A stretch of 64,000 nucleotides of DNA from Hyalangium minutum (GTDB taxonomy: Bacteria > Myxococcota > Myxococcia > Myxococcales > Myxococcaceae): NCBI RefSeq assembly GCF_000737315.1, contig NZ_JMCB01000003.1:1165043-1229042 (forward strand). Reading direction: 5' to 3'. The translations under genes were made by a program, and so were the position numbers. Position 1 is the stretch's first letter. Each line of letters starts with the position of its first letter. A model generated the notes under the pieces. It did not search any database and was not told the DNA's origin. It saw only the letters and a list, made by a program, of their open reading frames with translations. Of this stretch, positions 26,060 to 37,274 are shown piece after piece.

Positions 26060-26122
26060 CGGTGTCGACTCGGAAAGTCTGAGAGGTGGGACACGATAGC
26101 AAAGGCCTTCCGTCCCGCCCAG

Positions 26123-28267
26123 TTACTCAAAAGGTACCAAACCCGTCGTGTTCGCGGCGTTGTCGGTGATGGTCTCCAGGGACACCTGGAGGATGCCATC
26201 CGCCGAAGGATAGGCAATATATGCGAGATCTGTCCCTCCCACCCGGGAGTACACCACGGCGCCAGGGAGACGGTAGGTTGCCAACCCTGCGGTCGTGCTG
26301 GTGACATCCGGGGTGAAGATGTAGGGAAGGTAGTGGGAAGAGGCGTTGATGATGTACTGGTCGCCGCGCGCAACCCCACGGGTCGTCTTGATGACGATGT
26401 CCTTCGGAGCGGGATCCAGCACCGAGACCGGGTGGGAATAGTAGGTCCCTGCCATCTCGAACGTGTCGCCCTCCCCCATCCGGCCCAGGTAGCCCTTGCT
26501 ATCGCTGGTGATCACGAAGGGGCGCGTGCCCTTGGCGCGGACCACCAGGCTCGACATCTCCTGGCATTCGGCCGGGAGCGCTGCGGGGTTGATCGTCTCC
26601 ACGGAGAGGATCGTCTTTCCGTCCGCGGACGCCACTTTGCCGAGCACCTTGAAGTCGATCTCCCGGGTCGTGGAGTCGACGGTGAGCTTGCAGGTCCCCG
26701 CGGTGTTGCGCAGCACGACGACGTCCCCGAGTTCGACTTGCGAGGTGTCCGCGCTCAGCTCGAGACAGGTCCCCTGAGGGATGCCCGAGGGACAAGGGAC
26801 CTCACTCCGGGCCACGGACGACAACCCCGGCAGGCCCAGCTCGTACAAGAGGCGGTAGGTATCGGTCCGCGTCACACCCTCCTGCACCGAAATCGTGAGC
26901 TCGGGAACATCCGTGGTCAGGGTGGTCCCCGCGCTGTTGACCAGGGTGTAGGTGACGCCGGCGCCGAGCGGATCGAGATCGAACTGCCGCATCCGCACCG
27001 CGTCGAAGAGGGTGATCGCCCCGTTCGAGGCCGGGACGATGCCCACCAGTGGGCGCCGCACGATGGGGACGGTCCGCGTGGGCTCGTTCTTGAGCTGGCA
27101 CGGCATGTTCACGTCCACGCCCTCGGCGAGCGTCAGCCCCGTGGGCAGCGCCGTCCCCACGGAGATGGGGAGCATGGGCAGACCGGACGGATCCAAGGCA
27201 TGGGCGCCCGTGACCGAATCCACCGCGAGCACACCCGAGCACGACTGCTGGTCGCCACAGGCGCCCTCATCGAGGATCCCGAACACGTACTGCCCCGTGA
27301 CGAGCGGATCCGGCGGGACGGGAGTCCCGCTGGTATCCCGCTTCTCCGGGTCAAAGGAGCACTCGAACCAGTCCGTCGGCGAGGTCTCCGCCAAGGTGTG
27401 GGTGGCCAGCGCGCGCACGGGAGCGCCGAACGCGTACGTCACCCCGCGGGAGACCTGGGTATTGTTCACTTCCACACGGAACGTCTCGCCACCCGAGCCC
27501 GTGGTGCTGTGCGTGGCGATGACCAGGGACTCCTGGCCCGGCTGATCCAGGGCCGGAGGCAGCACGAGGAGCGCCGTCACCGTGCTGCCGGCCAGCGCCA
27601 GATCCAGCGCCACAGGCGCATCTGGGTGGGCCATGTCCAACCGGTAGAGCTTCGCGTTCAGGCCGGACTGCTCGGCGTAATAAAGGACGCTCGAGGAGCG
27701 AGCGGGGTCGATCACATCCCCACCGTCCGGAACCTCGTAGCCGGTGACATTGCCGTTCGAGTCGACGGTCTGCCGCTGGATGCGAGTATGCACGGGCCCT
27801 CGGGCCGCGAACGCGGTGATCAGCCCCTTTCCCACCAGGCGCTGGCGCTCCTTGAAGAGCGATGGGTCGTCCGCGGTGATGACGGAGATCTGCCGGGAGC
27901 CGAAGCTCCGGGCATAGACCAGCGGCGCCCCCGCGTCCTGGACGACCCGGCGGGCGAACACCGTGCCGTCATTGTGCTGGAGAGACTCCACCGCGTAGAC
28001 CATGTCGCGCGTCAGGTTGGACGGCCGGTCCAGCACGGGGATGGAGAGCGCCTCGAGCGGGTTGGGCGCCCGGACGAAGTCGCGGGGACTGCCCTCGAGG
28101 TCCAGCACCCGCAGCTCGTTGCGGTCCGAGGACGTGACGAAGAGGTAGCGCCCCGCGAGGGCCACGTCATACGTGCCCGCCAGCCCGGCGCTCGTCCGCG
28201 TCGTCAGCGATTCGGAGCAACTGAGAAGCCCCGCGCCCAGCGCGAGGCACAAGAAGAAGCGCTTCAA
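26123..28267 (-). CDS. Lipoprotein, probable beta-propeller
   Basis: Lipobox LLS-C; beta-strand-rich (YLFVTSSDRNELRVLDL). Confidence 0.8.
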   Translation of the reverse strand: MKRFFLCLALGAGLLSCSESLTTRTSAGLAGTYDVALAGRYLFVTSSDRNELRVLDLEGSPRDFVRAPNPLEALSIPVLDRPSNLTRDMVYAVESLQHNDGTVFARRVVQDAGAPLVYARSFGSRQISVITADDPSLFKERQRLVGKGLITAFAARGPVHTRIQRQTVDSNGNVTGYEVPDGGDVIDPARSSSVLYYAEQSGLNAKLYRLDMAHPDAPVALDLALAGSTVTALLVLPPALDQPGQESLVIATHSTTGSGGETFRVEVNNTQVSRGVTYAFGAPVRALATHTLAETSPTDWFECSFDPEKRDTSGTPVPPDPLVTGQYVFGILDEGACGDQQSCSGVLAVDSVTGAHALDPSGLPMLPISVGTALPTGLTLAEGVDVNMPCQLKNEPTRTVPIVRRPLVGIVPASNGAITLFDAVRMRQFDLDPLGAGVTYTLVNSAGTTLTTDVPELTISVQEGVTRTDTYRLLYELGLPGLSSVARSEVPCPSGIPQGTCLELSADTSQVELGDVVVLRNTAGTCKLTVDSTTREIDFKVLGKVASADGKTILSVETINPAALPAECQEMSSLVVRAKGTRPFVITSDSKGYLGRMGEGDTFEMAGTYYSHPVSVLDPAPKDIVIKTTRGVARGDQYIINASSHYLPYIFTPDVTSTTAGLATYRLPGAVVYSRVGGTDLAYIAYPSADGILQVSLETITDNAANTTGLVPFE

Positions 28268-29730
28268 GGCTGGATCTCCTCACAGGTAGAGGTCCCCTGC
28301 TTCTCGTCGCGCCCCTGGCGCTTGCCCAGGTAGGCCACGAGCGCCGCGCCCTCCGGGGCGGCGAGATCGGGGATGTCGATGACGGCCACGCGCCCGTCGC
28401 CGAAGTTGGTGACGAAGAGGCGCGCCTGATCGACCGCCGTCTCCGAGGCTCGCGCGGGGTGGTGCACGGCGATGCCGTAGGGCTGGCTGCCCACGTTTTC
28501 CACCTGGGCGACGATCTGGCCCAGCCGGGTGTCGTAGAGCACCACCGCGCCCTGGATGCGGGTGTTCGCGGTGCAGGTGATGGCGATCACGTCGTCGTTG
28601 GCCTCGGGCGCGCCGCGGTGGATGAGGGTCGCGTAGCTGGCACCGCCGGGCAGCAGCACCGCGTTGACGACGGAGATCCGGGGGCTCGCCGTCTTCGCGC
28701 CGGCCACGTCCAGCACGAGCAGCACGTCCGGCCCGCGCGCCACGAGGTAGATGCGCTCCTTGTCCTGGACCGGGTCATACCCGCCCACCAGCACGTCGCG
28801 GGCCTCCAGGATGGTGTAGATGCCGCCCAGGTTGGCCTCCAGGATGCGCGAGGTGTCGCTGCGATCGACCAGCCGCAGCAGGAAGCCCGCGAACTGCGCC
28901 ACGTCTGCCTCCACGAACGCCCGGCCGGTGACGTAGGTGTACTTCTGCCCGATCGCGGTGGCGTGCGCGCCGCCGATGGAGAGGGAGCCTCCCGCGTCCA
29001 GCGGGATGAAGTTCTCCTTGGAGATGCTCGGAGAGGCTCCGCCCACCTGCTCCCCGGTGAGATGCACCAGATACGTCTGGAAGTTCGTGGCGCTGCGGGC
29101 GGGCGAGTCGGCGGCCTCCACGTGTGTCACCCAGACGTCCGGCTCATTGCCGACATTGCCCACGGTCACGCCGAGGGGGGCCGGGGCGCGCGGCAGATCA
29201 TTCACCGACCCCGCGATGTTCTGGGTCAGCGACAGGGCGCCGGCGATGCAGCTGTTCCCGAGCCCGTTCACGCACGACAGCTTCGTCCCGTTGACGTCGA
29301 TGGCGTGTAGGTAGTTCCCCTCGGCGCGCGTGGGCACGAAGAGCCGGGGGGTGCGGTTGGGATTGGACTCCGTGGCCACGGGCGGGTTCCACACCGCCAT
29401 CTGCCCCGCGAAGCTCTCGATCTCGACGATGTTCTCTTCGGTCACCTTGAGATCGGTGATCTGCGCCGGGGCTGCGCCCACGGGCTGGCCAATGGGGGGC
29501 AGCCCCAGGTTGTCCAGGTTGAGCGCCGTCACCGCTCCGGTGTCGAAGCATTTGTCGAAATTGGCGCTGGCCACGTACAGCGAGCCCAAGGGGCGCGCCG
29601 GATCGTCCGCCACTGGTAGGTGGACGATACCGCTGGGGTAGACGAAACGATCACGGGGGGGATGCTGCGGCTCAGTTTCCGCGGCACACCCCGCCCAGAC
29701 CAGTGCGGAGATAAGGATGAGGGGGCGCAT
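28264..29730 (-). CDS. Lipoprotein, YncE-like beta-propeller
   Basis: Lipobox WAG-C; LYVASANFD, QPYGIAV, LFVTNFGDGRVAVID; stop overlaps next start. Confidence 0.8.
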   Translation of the reverse strand: MRPLILISALVWAGCAAETEPQHPPRDRFVYPSGIVHLPVADDPARPLGSLYVASANFDKCFDTGAVTALNLDNLGLPPIGQPVGAAPAQITDLKVTEENIVEIESFAGQMAVWNPPVATESNPNRTPRLFVPTRAEGNYLHAIDVNGTKLSCVNGLGNSCIAGALSLTQNIAGSVNDLPRAPAPLGVTVGNVGNEPDVWVTHVEAADSPARSATNFQTYLVHLTGEQVGGASPSISKENFIPLDAGGSLSIGGAHATAIGQKYTYVTGRAFVEADVAQFAGFLLRLVDRSDTSRILEANLGGIYTILEARDVLVGGYDPVQDKERIYLVARGPDVLLVLDVAGAKTASPRISVVNAVLLPGGASYATLIHRGAPEANDDVIAITCTANTRIQGAVVLYDTRLGQIVAQVENVGSQPYGIAVHHPARASETAVDQARLFVTNFGDGRVAVIDIPDLAAPEGAALVAYLGKRQGRDEKQGTSTCEEIQP

Positions 29731-29820
29731 CAGAGGGGGGCGGAGTGTAGGAACCACCCCTGCCCCGGGCAACTACAAAGGGACACGCCTATTCCCCAGG
29801 TGTCAGGCCGCTCGCCCGGC

Positions 29821-31929
29821 TCAGGCGGCGGCGGCCTCGGCCTGAATCTTGGAAAAGTCGGCTACCTCGTTGAACAACGCGCCGATCTCCGTGAGGAAAC
29901 GGACGCGGTTCTCCCGCAAATCCTTGTCCTCGGCCATCACCGTCACCTTGTCGAAGAAGGTGTCCACCGCGGGCTTCAGGCCGGTGATTTCCTTGAGGGC
30001 GCCGGAGAAATCGTCCGACTTGAGGAACTCGGCCACCTTGCCGCGGGCCTGGGTGAAGGCGGCGTGGAGGTGCTTTTCGGGCTCGTCCCGGAAGCGGGCC
30101 GGGTCCGTCTGGCCCTTGGACACGTCCTTGCCCTGCTTCTCCACGATGTTCACCACGCGCTTGAAGGCCGCCGCCAGCGGGGTGAAGTCCGCGCGGCCCA
30201 CCAGCCCGCTCAGGGCCTCCAGCCGCTTGCGCGCCGCCACCAGGTCATCGAAGCCGACCGAGAGCACGGCCTCGACCACGTCCGTCCGGTAGGTCTCCGA
30301 CCAGAGCGCCTTGAGGCGGCCCCGGAAGAACTCCAGCACCTGCTCGCGAGGAGCCGGCTCGCCCGCCTTGCGCTTGAGATCCCGGATCTTCGGGTCGAGC
30401 AGCTTGAGGGCCTCGTCCACGGCGGCGGACAGCGGGAAGCGGTACCCGCGCCCGAGCACGATGTTGATGATGGCGAGGCACGCGCGCCGCAGGCCGAACG
30501 GGTCCGCCGCGCCGGTGGGGCCCTTGCCGATGGCGAAGATGCCGCACAGGGTGTCCAGGCGGTCCGCAAGGCCGATGAACGCACCCGGGTCCTGCGTGGG
30601 CAGCGAGTCGTTGGCGTTGCGCGGCAGATAGTGCTCGAAAATGGCCAGGGCGACGGCCTCGGGCTCACCGGCGGCGCGGGCGTACTCACGGCCCATCACG
30701 CCCTGGAGCTCGGGGAACTCGCCCACCATGCCGGTGACGAGGTCCGCCTTGGCCAGGGTGGCCGCCTGCTCGATGGTGCTCCGGTGCTCCTTCTTGCCAG
30801 CCTTCTCGGCCAGGAACACGGCGAGCGCACGGAACCGGTCCACCTTCTCCGCGTAGCTGCCGAGCTGCCCCTGCCACACCACGCGGGCGAGCTTGGGCAC
30901 GCGCTCGATGAGCGGCGTCTTCCGGTCCTCGTCGAAGAAGAAGCGGCCATCCGCGAGGCGGGAGCGCAGCACGCGCTCGTAGCCGCGCAGGGACAGCTTC
31001 TCGTCCTTCACGGGCGTGTTGGAGACGGCGATGAACTTGGGCAGCAGCTTCCCTTTGGCGTCCGTGAGGGAGAAGTAGCGCTGGTGGCTCTTCATCTCCT
31101 GCACGAGCACCTCGGGAGGCAGGTCCAGGTGGCGCTCCTCGAAGGTGCCCACCACCGGGCTGGGCAGCTCCACGAGGTTCGTCACCTGATCCACCAGGGA
31201 CTCGTCCTCCAGCAGCTGGCCACCTGAGCCCTTGGCCGCCGCACGGATCTTCTCCACGAGCTGGGCGCGGCGCTTGGCCACGTCCGGGATCACATGCGCC
31301 TTCTCCAGCGCCGCCTCGTAGTCCGCTGGGCGGGTCAGCTCGATGGGCGCCGGGGCCAGGAAGCGGTGGCCATAGGTGGTGCGGCCGCTCTTCACGTCGC
31401 CGAAGACCACGGGCAGCACGTCGCCGCCCAGCAGCGCCACCAGCCACTGCACGGGCCGGGCGAACGCCTGGTCCACATCACCCCAGCGCATGGACTTGCG
31501 GAAGTTGATGCCGTGCACGGCGGCGTGGAGCGCCTCGGGGAGGATCTCCGTGGCCGGGCGGCCCTTCTCCTGCACCTTGGCCGAGAGGTACTCGCCCTTC
31601 GGCGTCTGGGTGCGGCCCAGCTCGCCTACGGGGAGCTTCACGGACTCGGCGAACTTGGTCGCCGCCACCGTGGGCTTGCCCTCCTTGTCGAAGGCCGCCT
31701 TCGCGCTAGGGCCAAGCTTCTCCGTGGTGACGTCCTCGCCCGAGTCCGCCACATCCTTCACCCACACGGCCAGCCGCCGGGGCGTGCCGAAGGTGCGGAT
31801 CTCACCGTGCTTGAGGCGCGCGGCGGCCATGCGCTCGGTGAGGATGCGCTTCAGGTCCTCCAGCGCGGGAAGGATGAACGAAGCCGGGATCTCCTCGGAG
31901 CCCACCTCCAGCAGCAGATCACGCGCCAC
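29821..31929 (-). CDS. glyS: Glycyl-tRNA synthetase beta subunit
   Basis: [31 protein letters not shown]. Confidence 0.98.
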   Translation of the reverse strand: MARDLLLEVGSEEIPASFILPALEDLKRILTERMAAARLKHGEIRTFGTPRRLAVWVKDVADSGEDVTTEKLGPSAKAAFDKEGKPTVAATKFAESVKLPVGELGRTQTPKGEYLSAKVQEKGRPATEILPEALHAAVHGINFRKSMRWGDVDQAFARPVQWLVALLGGDVLPVVFGDVKSGRTTYGHRFLAPAPIELTRPADYEAALEKAHVIPDVAKRRAQLVEKIRAAAKGSGGQLLEDESLVDQVTNLVELPSPVVGTFEERHLDLPPEVLVQEMKSHQRYFSLTDAKGKLLPKFIAVSNTPVKDEKLSLRGYERVLRSRLADGRFFFDEDRKTPLIERVPKLARVVWQGQLGSYAEKVDRFRALAVFLAEKAGKKEHRSTIEQAATLAKADLVTGMVGEFPELQGVMGREYARAAGEPEAVALAIFEHYLPRNANDSLPTQDPGAFIGLADRLDTLCGIFAIGKGPTGAADPFGLRRACLAIINIVLGRGYRFPLSAAVDEALKLLDPKIRDLKRKAGEPAPREQVLEFFRGRLKALWSETYRTDVVEAVLSVGFDDLVAARKRLEALSGLVGRADFTPLAAAFKRVVNIVEKQGKDVSKGQTDPARFRDEPEKHLHAAFTQARGKVAEFLKSDDFSGALKEITGLKPAVDTFFDKVTVMAEDKDLRENRVRFLTEIGALFNEVADFSKIQAEAAAA

Positions 31930-32911
31930 GGGCCACCTCCGCCTTCTCCGCCTTCTCCACCGGCTTGTTCAGCTTCACGTGGTTCCAGTAGTCACTCGCG
32001 GGCTTGCCCTCGAGCACCGGGGGCTGCTCGCCCACCGTCCACGGCGTCTTGAGCAGCGGGTAGCCCAGCCGCTCGCGCATCTGCAGGTAGCCCTCGGCGC
32101 ACAGGCGGGCGTTGTCGCGCACGCGCTTGATGAAGTTGGCGCGCTCCGTCACCGAGATGGCGCCGCGCGCGTCCAGCAGGTTGAACGTGTGCGAGCACTT
32201 GAGCGCGTAGTCATACGCGGGCAGCGGCAGCTGGCGCTCGATGAGCCGCTTGCACTCCTTCTCGTACGCGTCGAACAGCGCGAAGAGCATCTGCGGATCG
32301 GACTCGTGGAGTGCGTACGTGCTCATCTCCACCTCATTGGGGTGGAAGACCTCGCGGTACTTCACGCCCTTGACCCACTCCAGGTCGAAGACGTTCTCCA
32401 CGTTCTGCAGGTATGTGCAGAGGCGCTCCAGCCCGTACGTGAGCTCCGCGGCGACGGGGCGGCACTCGAAGCCGCCGCACTGCTGGAAGTAGGTGAACTG
32501 CGTCACCTCCTGCCCGTCACACCACACCTCCCAACCCAGGCCCCAGGCGCCCAGCGTCGGGGACTCCCAGTCGTCCTCCACGAAGCGCAGGTCGTGCGCG
32601 TGCGGATCGATGCCCACGGCGCGGATGGACTCCAGGTAGAGCTCCTGCACGTTCTTGGGTGCGGGCTTGAGGATCACCTGGAACTGGTGGTGCTGGAACA
32701 GGCGGTTGGGGTTCTCGCCGAAGCGGCCGTCGGCCGGGCGGCGGGAGGGCTGCACGTAGGCCACGTTCCACGGCTCAGGCCCGAGCGCGCGCAGGAAGGT
32801 GGTGGGGGCCATGGTGCCCGCGCCCACCTCGAGATCATACGGCTGGGCGATGATGCAACCTTGACGGGCCCAGTGGTTCTGGAGCGTGAGGATCAGATCC
32901 TGGAAGTACAT
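31919..32911 (-). CDS. glyQ: Glycyl-tRNA synthetase alpha subunit
   Basis: [36 protein letters not shown]. Confidence 0.98.
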   Translation of the reverse strand: MYFQDLILTLQNHWARQGCIIAQPYDLEVGAGTMAPTTFLRALGPEPWNVAYVQPSRRPADGRFGENPNRLFQHHQFQVILKPAPKNVQELYLESIRAVGIDPHAHDLRFVEDDWESPTLGAWGLGWEVWCDGQEVTQFTYFQQCGGFECRPVAAELTYGLERLCTYLQNVENVFDLEWVKGVKYREVFHPNEVEMSTYALHESDPQMLFALFDAYEKECKRLIERQLPLPAYDYALKCSHTFNLLDARGAISVTERANFIKRVRDNARLCAEGYLQMRERLGYPLLKTPWTVGEQPPVLEGKPASDYWNHVKLNKPVEKAEKAEVARGA

Positions 32912-32960
32912 GGTCGGCGCGGACCCTAGTGAGGGGGTCCGGGACCGTCAAGGACGACGG

Positions 32961-35174
32961 TCACTCCCCGTAGGCCGGCAAATCCGAAAGCCGGATCGTG
33001 TACTTCTTCTCCTTGGCGAGCTCGACGGGCGCGGAGAAGAGCCGACTGTTGCCTTCTGGATCCACGATCCGCAGCCGGTAGGTGCCCACCTGGAGGGGCA
33101 ACTTGAGCAGCGGCGTGGTGCCCAGGCCCGTCGCGCCGTCGTACACGGCCGCCGGAGGCACCGTCACCAGGGTGAGCAGACCGATGCCCGCCTTCCGCAT
33201 GGACGCGGGGCTGCGCGTGTCCACCACCTCGGCCGTCCCGTCAGGGTTCAGCTCCACCGTGGAGTTGGCCTCCTTCGCCAGGGCCGCCTGCAGATCCTGG
33301 GGCTTACCGGCGGGCTTGGCCGCGGCCTTCCCAGCCTCCTCCTGCGCCGAGACTGCCAAGCTCTGGCCCTTCTGCTTGGTGGACCCCGCCCCCGTCTTGG
33401 AGGTGCCCTGCAGGGCCTTGGCGACCGTACCGCCCGGCTTACCCGAGCCCTTGGGTTCCTGGGTCTTGGGCTCCTCGGGCGTGGGCTCCTCGGGCGGCGT
33501 CTCAGGCTCGGACGGCTCGGCTGCAGCGGTGGCCTGGGCCGGAGGCGGCTCCTGGGGAGCCAGCGGATTCGGAGGCCGCTGCTGCTGAGGAGGCGGCCAG
33601 GGCTTCTCCTCGGGTGGCGGCGGAGGCGGGTTGAGCTCCAGCTCCGTCTTCACCCACGCCACGGCGGAGTCGTACCCGGGCCGGAGCATGGCACGGACCG
33701 GCTCCAGGGCGAGCAATCCTCCGATGGCCCCAAAGAAGGCCAGCAGGAAGAGCCGGCTGCCCCACTTGCCCTTCTCCTCGCCCTTGTCCTTGGCAGCCGC
33801 AGGAGTATCGACGGGCGTGCTCGAGCGAGACGGCCGCACAGTCGCCACGGACGAGCTGGGGCGGCGGGGCGGGCGGACGGCCTTGATCGAAGGCTGAGAG
33901 GAGGGAGTGTTCTCGGCCTCCTCCTCGGCCTCCGGCTCGGGCGGAGGCGGCTCTGGGGCCTCCTGGCGAGCGGTGATGCGGGGCCGGGCGCCTCGGGGCG
34001 TGGAGGGCACACTGGCTTGCGCCGGGTTGCTCCCGGGCTTGCGGGGCCGAGACCCCGAGCCAGGACGTGCCGAGGCGCTCGGCGGGGGCACCGCGCGAGG
34101 CCGAGGCGTGCGCTTGATCTGGGCGGTGGGCGCGATGTCCCCGGGGTCATCCTGGAGGGCTCCGGCGGCCTCGCTGATGCGGGCATCATCGCGGCTGGCG
34201 TACTCCAGGAGCGCGCGGGTCTTCTGGCGCTTCTCCTCGAAGTACTCCGCCATGAGGGCGGCCATGCTCCCCTCATCGAAGAGCTCCGCACCCATGGCGG
34301 CATCGATGGCCTTGGCGAACTCGCGCCCGGTGGCGAAGCGCTTCGCCTTGTCCCGGTTGAGCGCCTTCATCACCACCGCATCGAGCGCCTCGGGAACGGC
34401 CGGGTTGATCGAGCGCGGCGAAGCAATCTCGCCGTTCACGATCTGCATCATCATCGCGGCGTCGCCCGGGGCGTTGAACAGCCGCTGGCCGCACAGCATC
34501 TCGTGCAGCAGCACGCCGGCGGAGAACAGATCGCTCCGGCCGTCAAGCTCATGGCCGCGCACCTGCTCGGGGGACATGTAGCCACCGGTCCCCTTCACCA
34601 TGCCCACGGCGGTGCGGCCCAGGCGGCCCTTGGCCTTGGCAATGCCGAAGTCGATCACCTTCACCCCGCCGTCATAGGTGACCATGACGTTGCGCGGGGA
34701 CATGTCGCGGTGGACGACGGCGACGGAGCGGCCCGAGGGATCGACGAAGTGGTGCGCGTAGTGCAGGGCCAGGCACACGTCGCGGATGACGCGGGCCGCG
34801 AAGCCTGGAGGCAGCGGCGCGTTGAGCTTGTCCGCGGCCTTCATCAACTGCTCGAGGTTCTGGCCCGCCAGGAACTCCATGGCGAGGTACAGCTCGGTGT
34901 CCTCTTCCCCGAGATCGAACACCTGGCCGATGTTCGCGTGCGAGAAGGCGGCGGTGATGCGCGCCTCATCCAGGAACATCTTCACGAACTCTTCCGTCTT
35001 CACGTCCGGAAGGATCTGCTTGAGCGCAACGAACTTGCGGAAGCCGCCCGGCCCCGAGGTGTAGGCCAGGAAGAGTTCCGCCATGCCTCCCACGGACAGC
35101 CGTGTGAGGATCTCATATTTGCCGATGCGTCTCCCACGGTCCGGATCGTCCGCGGGGGCTCCCTGGGTCGCCAT
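32961..35174 (-). CDS. Membrane Ser/Thr protein kinase with Pro/Ala-rich linkers and C-terminal PEGA-like beta domain
   Basis: GGMAELF, VALK, HRDMSPRN, IDFG, GTGGYMSPE; TM LFLLAFFGAIGGLL. Confidence 0.93.
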   Translation of the reverse strand: MATQGAPADDPDRGRRIGKYEILTRLSVGGMAELFLAYTSGPGGFRKFVALKQILPDVKTEEFVKMFLDEARITAAFSHANIGQVFDLGEEDTELYLAMEFLAGQNLEQLMKAADKLNAPLPPGFAARVIRDVCLALHYAHHFVDPSGRSVAVVHRDMSPRNVMVTYDGGVKVIDFGIAKAKGRLGRTAVGMVKGTGGYMSPEQVRGHELDGRSDLFSAGVLLHEMLCGQRLFNAPGDAAMMMQIVNGEIASPRSINPAVPEALDAVVMKALNRDKAKRFATGREFAKAIDAAMGAELFDEGSMAALMAEYFEEKRQKTRALLEYASRDDARISEAAGALQDDPGDIAPTAQIKRTPRPRAVPPPSASARPGSGSRPRKPGSNPAQASVPSTPRGARPRITARQEAPEPPPPEPEAEEEAENTPSSQPSIKAVRPPRRPSSSVATVRPSRSSTPVDTPAAAKDKGEEKGKWGSRLFLLAFFGAIGGLLALEPVRAMLRPGYDSAVAWVKTELELNPPPPPPEEKPWPPPQQQRPPNPLAPQEPPPAQATAAAEPSEPETPPEEPTPEEPKTQEPKGSGKPGGTVAKALQGTSKTGAGSTKQKGQSLAVSAQEEAGKAAAKPAGKPQDLQAALAKEANSTVELNPDGTAEVVDTRSPASMRKAGIGLLTLVTVPPAAVYDGATGLGTTPLLKLPLQVGTYRLRIVDPEGNSRLFSAPVELAKEKKYTIRLSDLPAYGE
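34942..35027. repeat. 86-bp identical segment shared by the two tandem kinase genes (second copy 37036-37121)
   Basis: GAGAAGGCGGCGGTGATG...GATCTGCTTGAGCGC identical in both. Confidence 0.9.
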
Positions 35175-35246
35175 TCGAGTCAGGCATGCTAGCCGCGTCT
35201 CCCCATCCCGTCACGGGGGAGGCCGCCTCCTCGCCTACCAAAGGAG

Positions 35247-37274
35247 CTACTGCTCCTCGCCGTCCGTGGACGGAGGGGAATCCTCCAGCGGCCGGATGGA
35301 GGGATCCACCTCGGCAGGGCCTTGCGAGGGCTCTGTGGGCTCTGTGGGCTCGGGGGCCACCTCCTGCACCGCCTCCTCCGCAGGCTTCGGGGCCTGCTCC
35401 TCGGGGTTGGCCGGGCTCTCGGATTTGGCCGGGGCCTCGGAGGGCTGCGGCACCGCCTTGGGAGGCCGGGGACGTGGAGGACGCGGCGCCTCACCCGCAG
35501 GGTTGGGTGAGGGTGCAGCTTTCTGGGTGGGCTCCTCGGGCGGGGCGTCTTCAGAAGGAGGGGGCGGCTCGTAGGCCTCCGAAGAGGGCTCTGCGCTTCC
35601 GGTGGGCTTTGTCGGAGCACTCGATGACGAGGAGAACAGGGATCCGATCTTGCTCTTCAGCGACTCGGGCATGAAGAGCACCGCGAGGCCCAGGATCACG
35701 ATGCCGAGCACGATCCAGAGCCCCCGGCGCGCGGGAGGCCGGAGACCGGTCCAGGCCCGGGAAACGCGGGACACACTGGACAGCTCCGAGGTCTCACTGT
35801 CGTCCTCGGTGGGCTTCGTCTCCGGGGCCGAGGCCGCTGCCTGGGACTCCGTGGGGCCCAGCGTGAACACCCCCATCTTCGCGGGGCGCCGGGGCTCACG
35901 GGCCGAGGACGGAGCATCGATCGTGGTCTTGTCAGGAGCGTCGTCCGCGCCCGCCGCCGCCAGGCCCGGCACGGGGCCGATCTGGGTGGGCGCATCCTCC
36001 GCGAAGGGCTTGGCCACCGGAATCTTGCGCGACGGAGGCTCGGTGTTCTTCTTGGGCGCGGCGGATGGGAAGGGCCGGGCCTTGGGAGGATTGACCCGCC
36101 CGCTGGGAGACGAGGCGCGCGAGGGAGGCGGCCGCACGGGCTCCGGCGGAGGCACCGGCTTCTGGACAGGCATCGACATCATCGGCGACGTGAGGTGCAT
36201 GTCGTCGAGCTCGTCCGCGGAGACCGCACCATCCAGGGTCTCCTCATCCCTCAGCGCCGCGACGACCTTGCTCACGCGCTCGTCGTCGTGGCTGGCGTAG
36301 TCCAGGAGCGAGAGCGTCTTCAGCCGCTTGTCGGCGAAGAGCGCCTGCATCAGCTCGGCCACGGACTCCTCGTCGAACATGACCGGGCCCACGGCGACTT
36401 CGAGGGCCTTGGCCATCTCGCGGCCGGTGGCGAAGCGCTTGGCGGGGTCCTTGGCGAGCGCCTTCATCACCACCGCGTCGAGCGACTCGGGTACGTCCGG
36501 GTTGTTGGCGCGAGGCGGAGCGATCTCCGCGTTGGCGATCTGCCGCATCATCGCGTCTTCGTTGGTGGTGTCGAACAGCCGCTGGCCGCACAGCATCTCG
36601 TGCAGCAGCACACCCGCGGTGAACAGGTCGCTGCGCCCATCGAGATCCTGGCCGCGGACCTGCTCGGGGGACATGTAGCCGCTGGTGCCCTTGACCATGC
36701 CCACGCGGGTGCGGGCGATGCGGCCCTTGGCCTTGGCGATGCCGAAGTCGATCACCTTCACCACGCCGTCGTAGGTGATCATCACGTTGCGCGGAGCCAT
36801 GTCGCGGTGCACCACCGCCACCTTGCGGCCCGAGGGCGCCGTGAAGTTGTGGGCGTAGTGCAGGCCCAGGCAGACGTCCCGGGCAACGCGGGCCGCGAAG
36901 CCGATGGGCAGCGGGCGCACGTAGCTGGCCGCCATCATCACCTGCTCGAGGTTCTGGCCGGGCAGGAACTCCATGGCCAGGTACAGCTCGTCGTCCTCGA
37001 GCCCCAGATCGAAGACCTGGCCGATGTTCGGGTGGGAGAAGGCGGCGGTGATGCGCGCCTCATCCAGGAACATCTTCACGAACTCTTCCGTCTTCACGTC
37101 CGGAAGGATCTGCTTGAGCGCGACGTACTTGCGGAACCCCCCCGGCCCGGAGGTGAACGCCAGGAAAAGCTCCGCCATGCCCCCCACGGAGAGTCGGGTG
37201 AGGATCTCGTACTTTCCGATTTTCCGGCCACGATCTGGATCCGTGGTCCCATTGGAGGATGCCTGTTTGGGCAT
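35247..37274 (-). CDS. Membrane Ser/Thr protein kinase, tandem paralog of the neighbour
   Basis: Same kinase motifs (HRDMAPRN, GTSGYMSPE); TM GLWIVLGIVILGLAVLF; low-complexity Pro/Glu tail. Confidence 0.93.
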   Translation of the reverse strand: MPKQASSNGTTDPDRGRKIGKYEILTRLSVGGMAELFLAFTSGPGGFRKYVALKQILPDVKTEEFVKMFLDEARITAAFSHPNIGQVFDLGLEDDELYLAMEFLPGQNLEQVMMAASYVRPLPIGFAARVARDVCLGLHYAHNFTAPSGRKVAVVHRDMAPRNVMITYDGVVKVIDFGIAKAKGRIARTRVGMVKGTSGYMSPEQVRGQDLDGRSDLFTAGVLLHEMLCGQRLFDTTNEDAMMRQIANAEIAPPRANNPDVPESLDAVVMKALAKDPAKRFATGREMAKALEVAVGPVMFDEESVAELMQALFADKRLKTLSLLDYASHDDERVSKVVAALRDEETLDGAVSADELDDMHLTSPMMSMPVQKPVPPPEPVRPPPSRASSPSGRVNPPKARPFPSAAPKKNTEPPSRKIPVAKPFAEDAPTQIGPVPGLAAAGADDAPDKTTIDAPSSAREPRRPAKMGVFTLGPTESQAAASAPETKPTEDDSETSELSSVSRVSRAWTGLRPPARRGLWIVLGIVILGLAVLFMPESLKSKIGSLFSSSSSAPTKPTGSAEPSSEAYEPPPPSEDAPPEEPTQKAAPSPNPAGEAPRPPRPRPPKAVPQPSEAPAKSESPANPEEQAPKPAEEAVQEVAPEPTEPTEPSQGPAEVDPSIRPLEDSPPSTDGEEQ

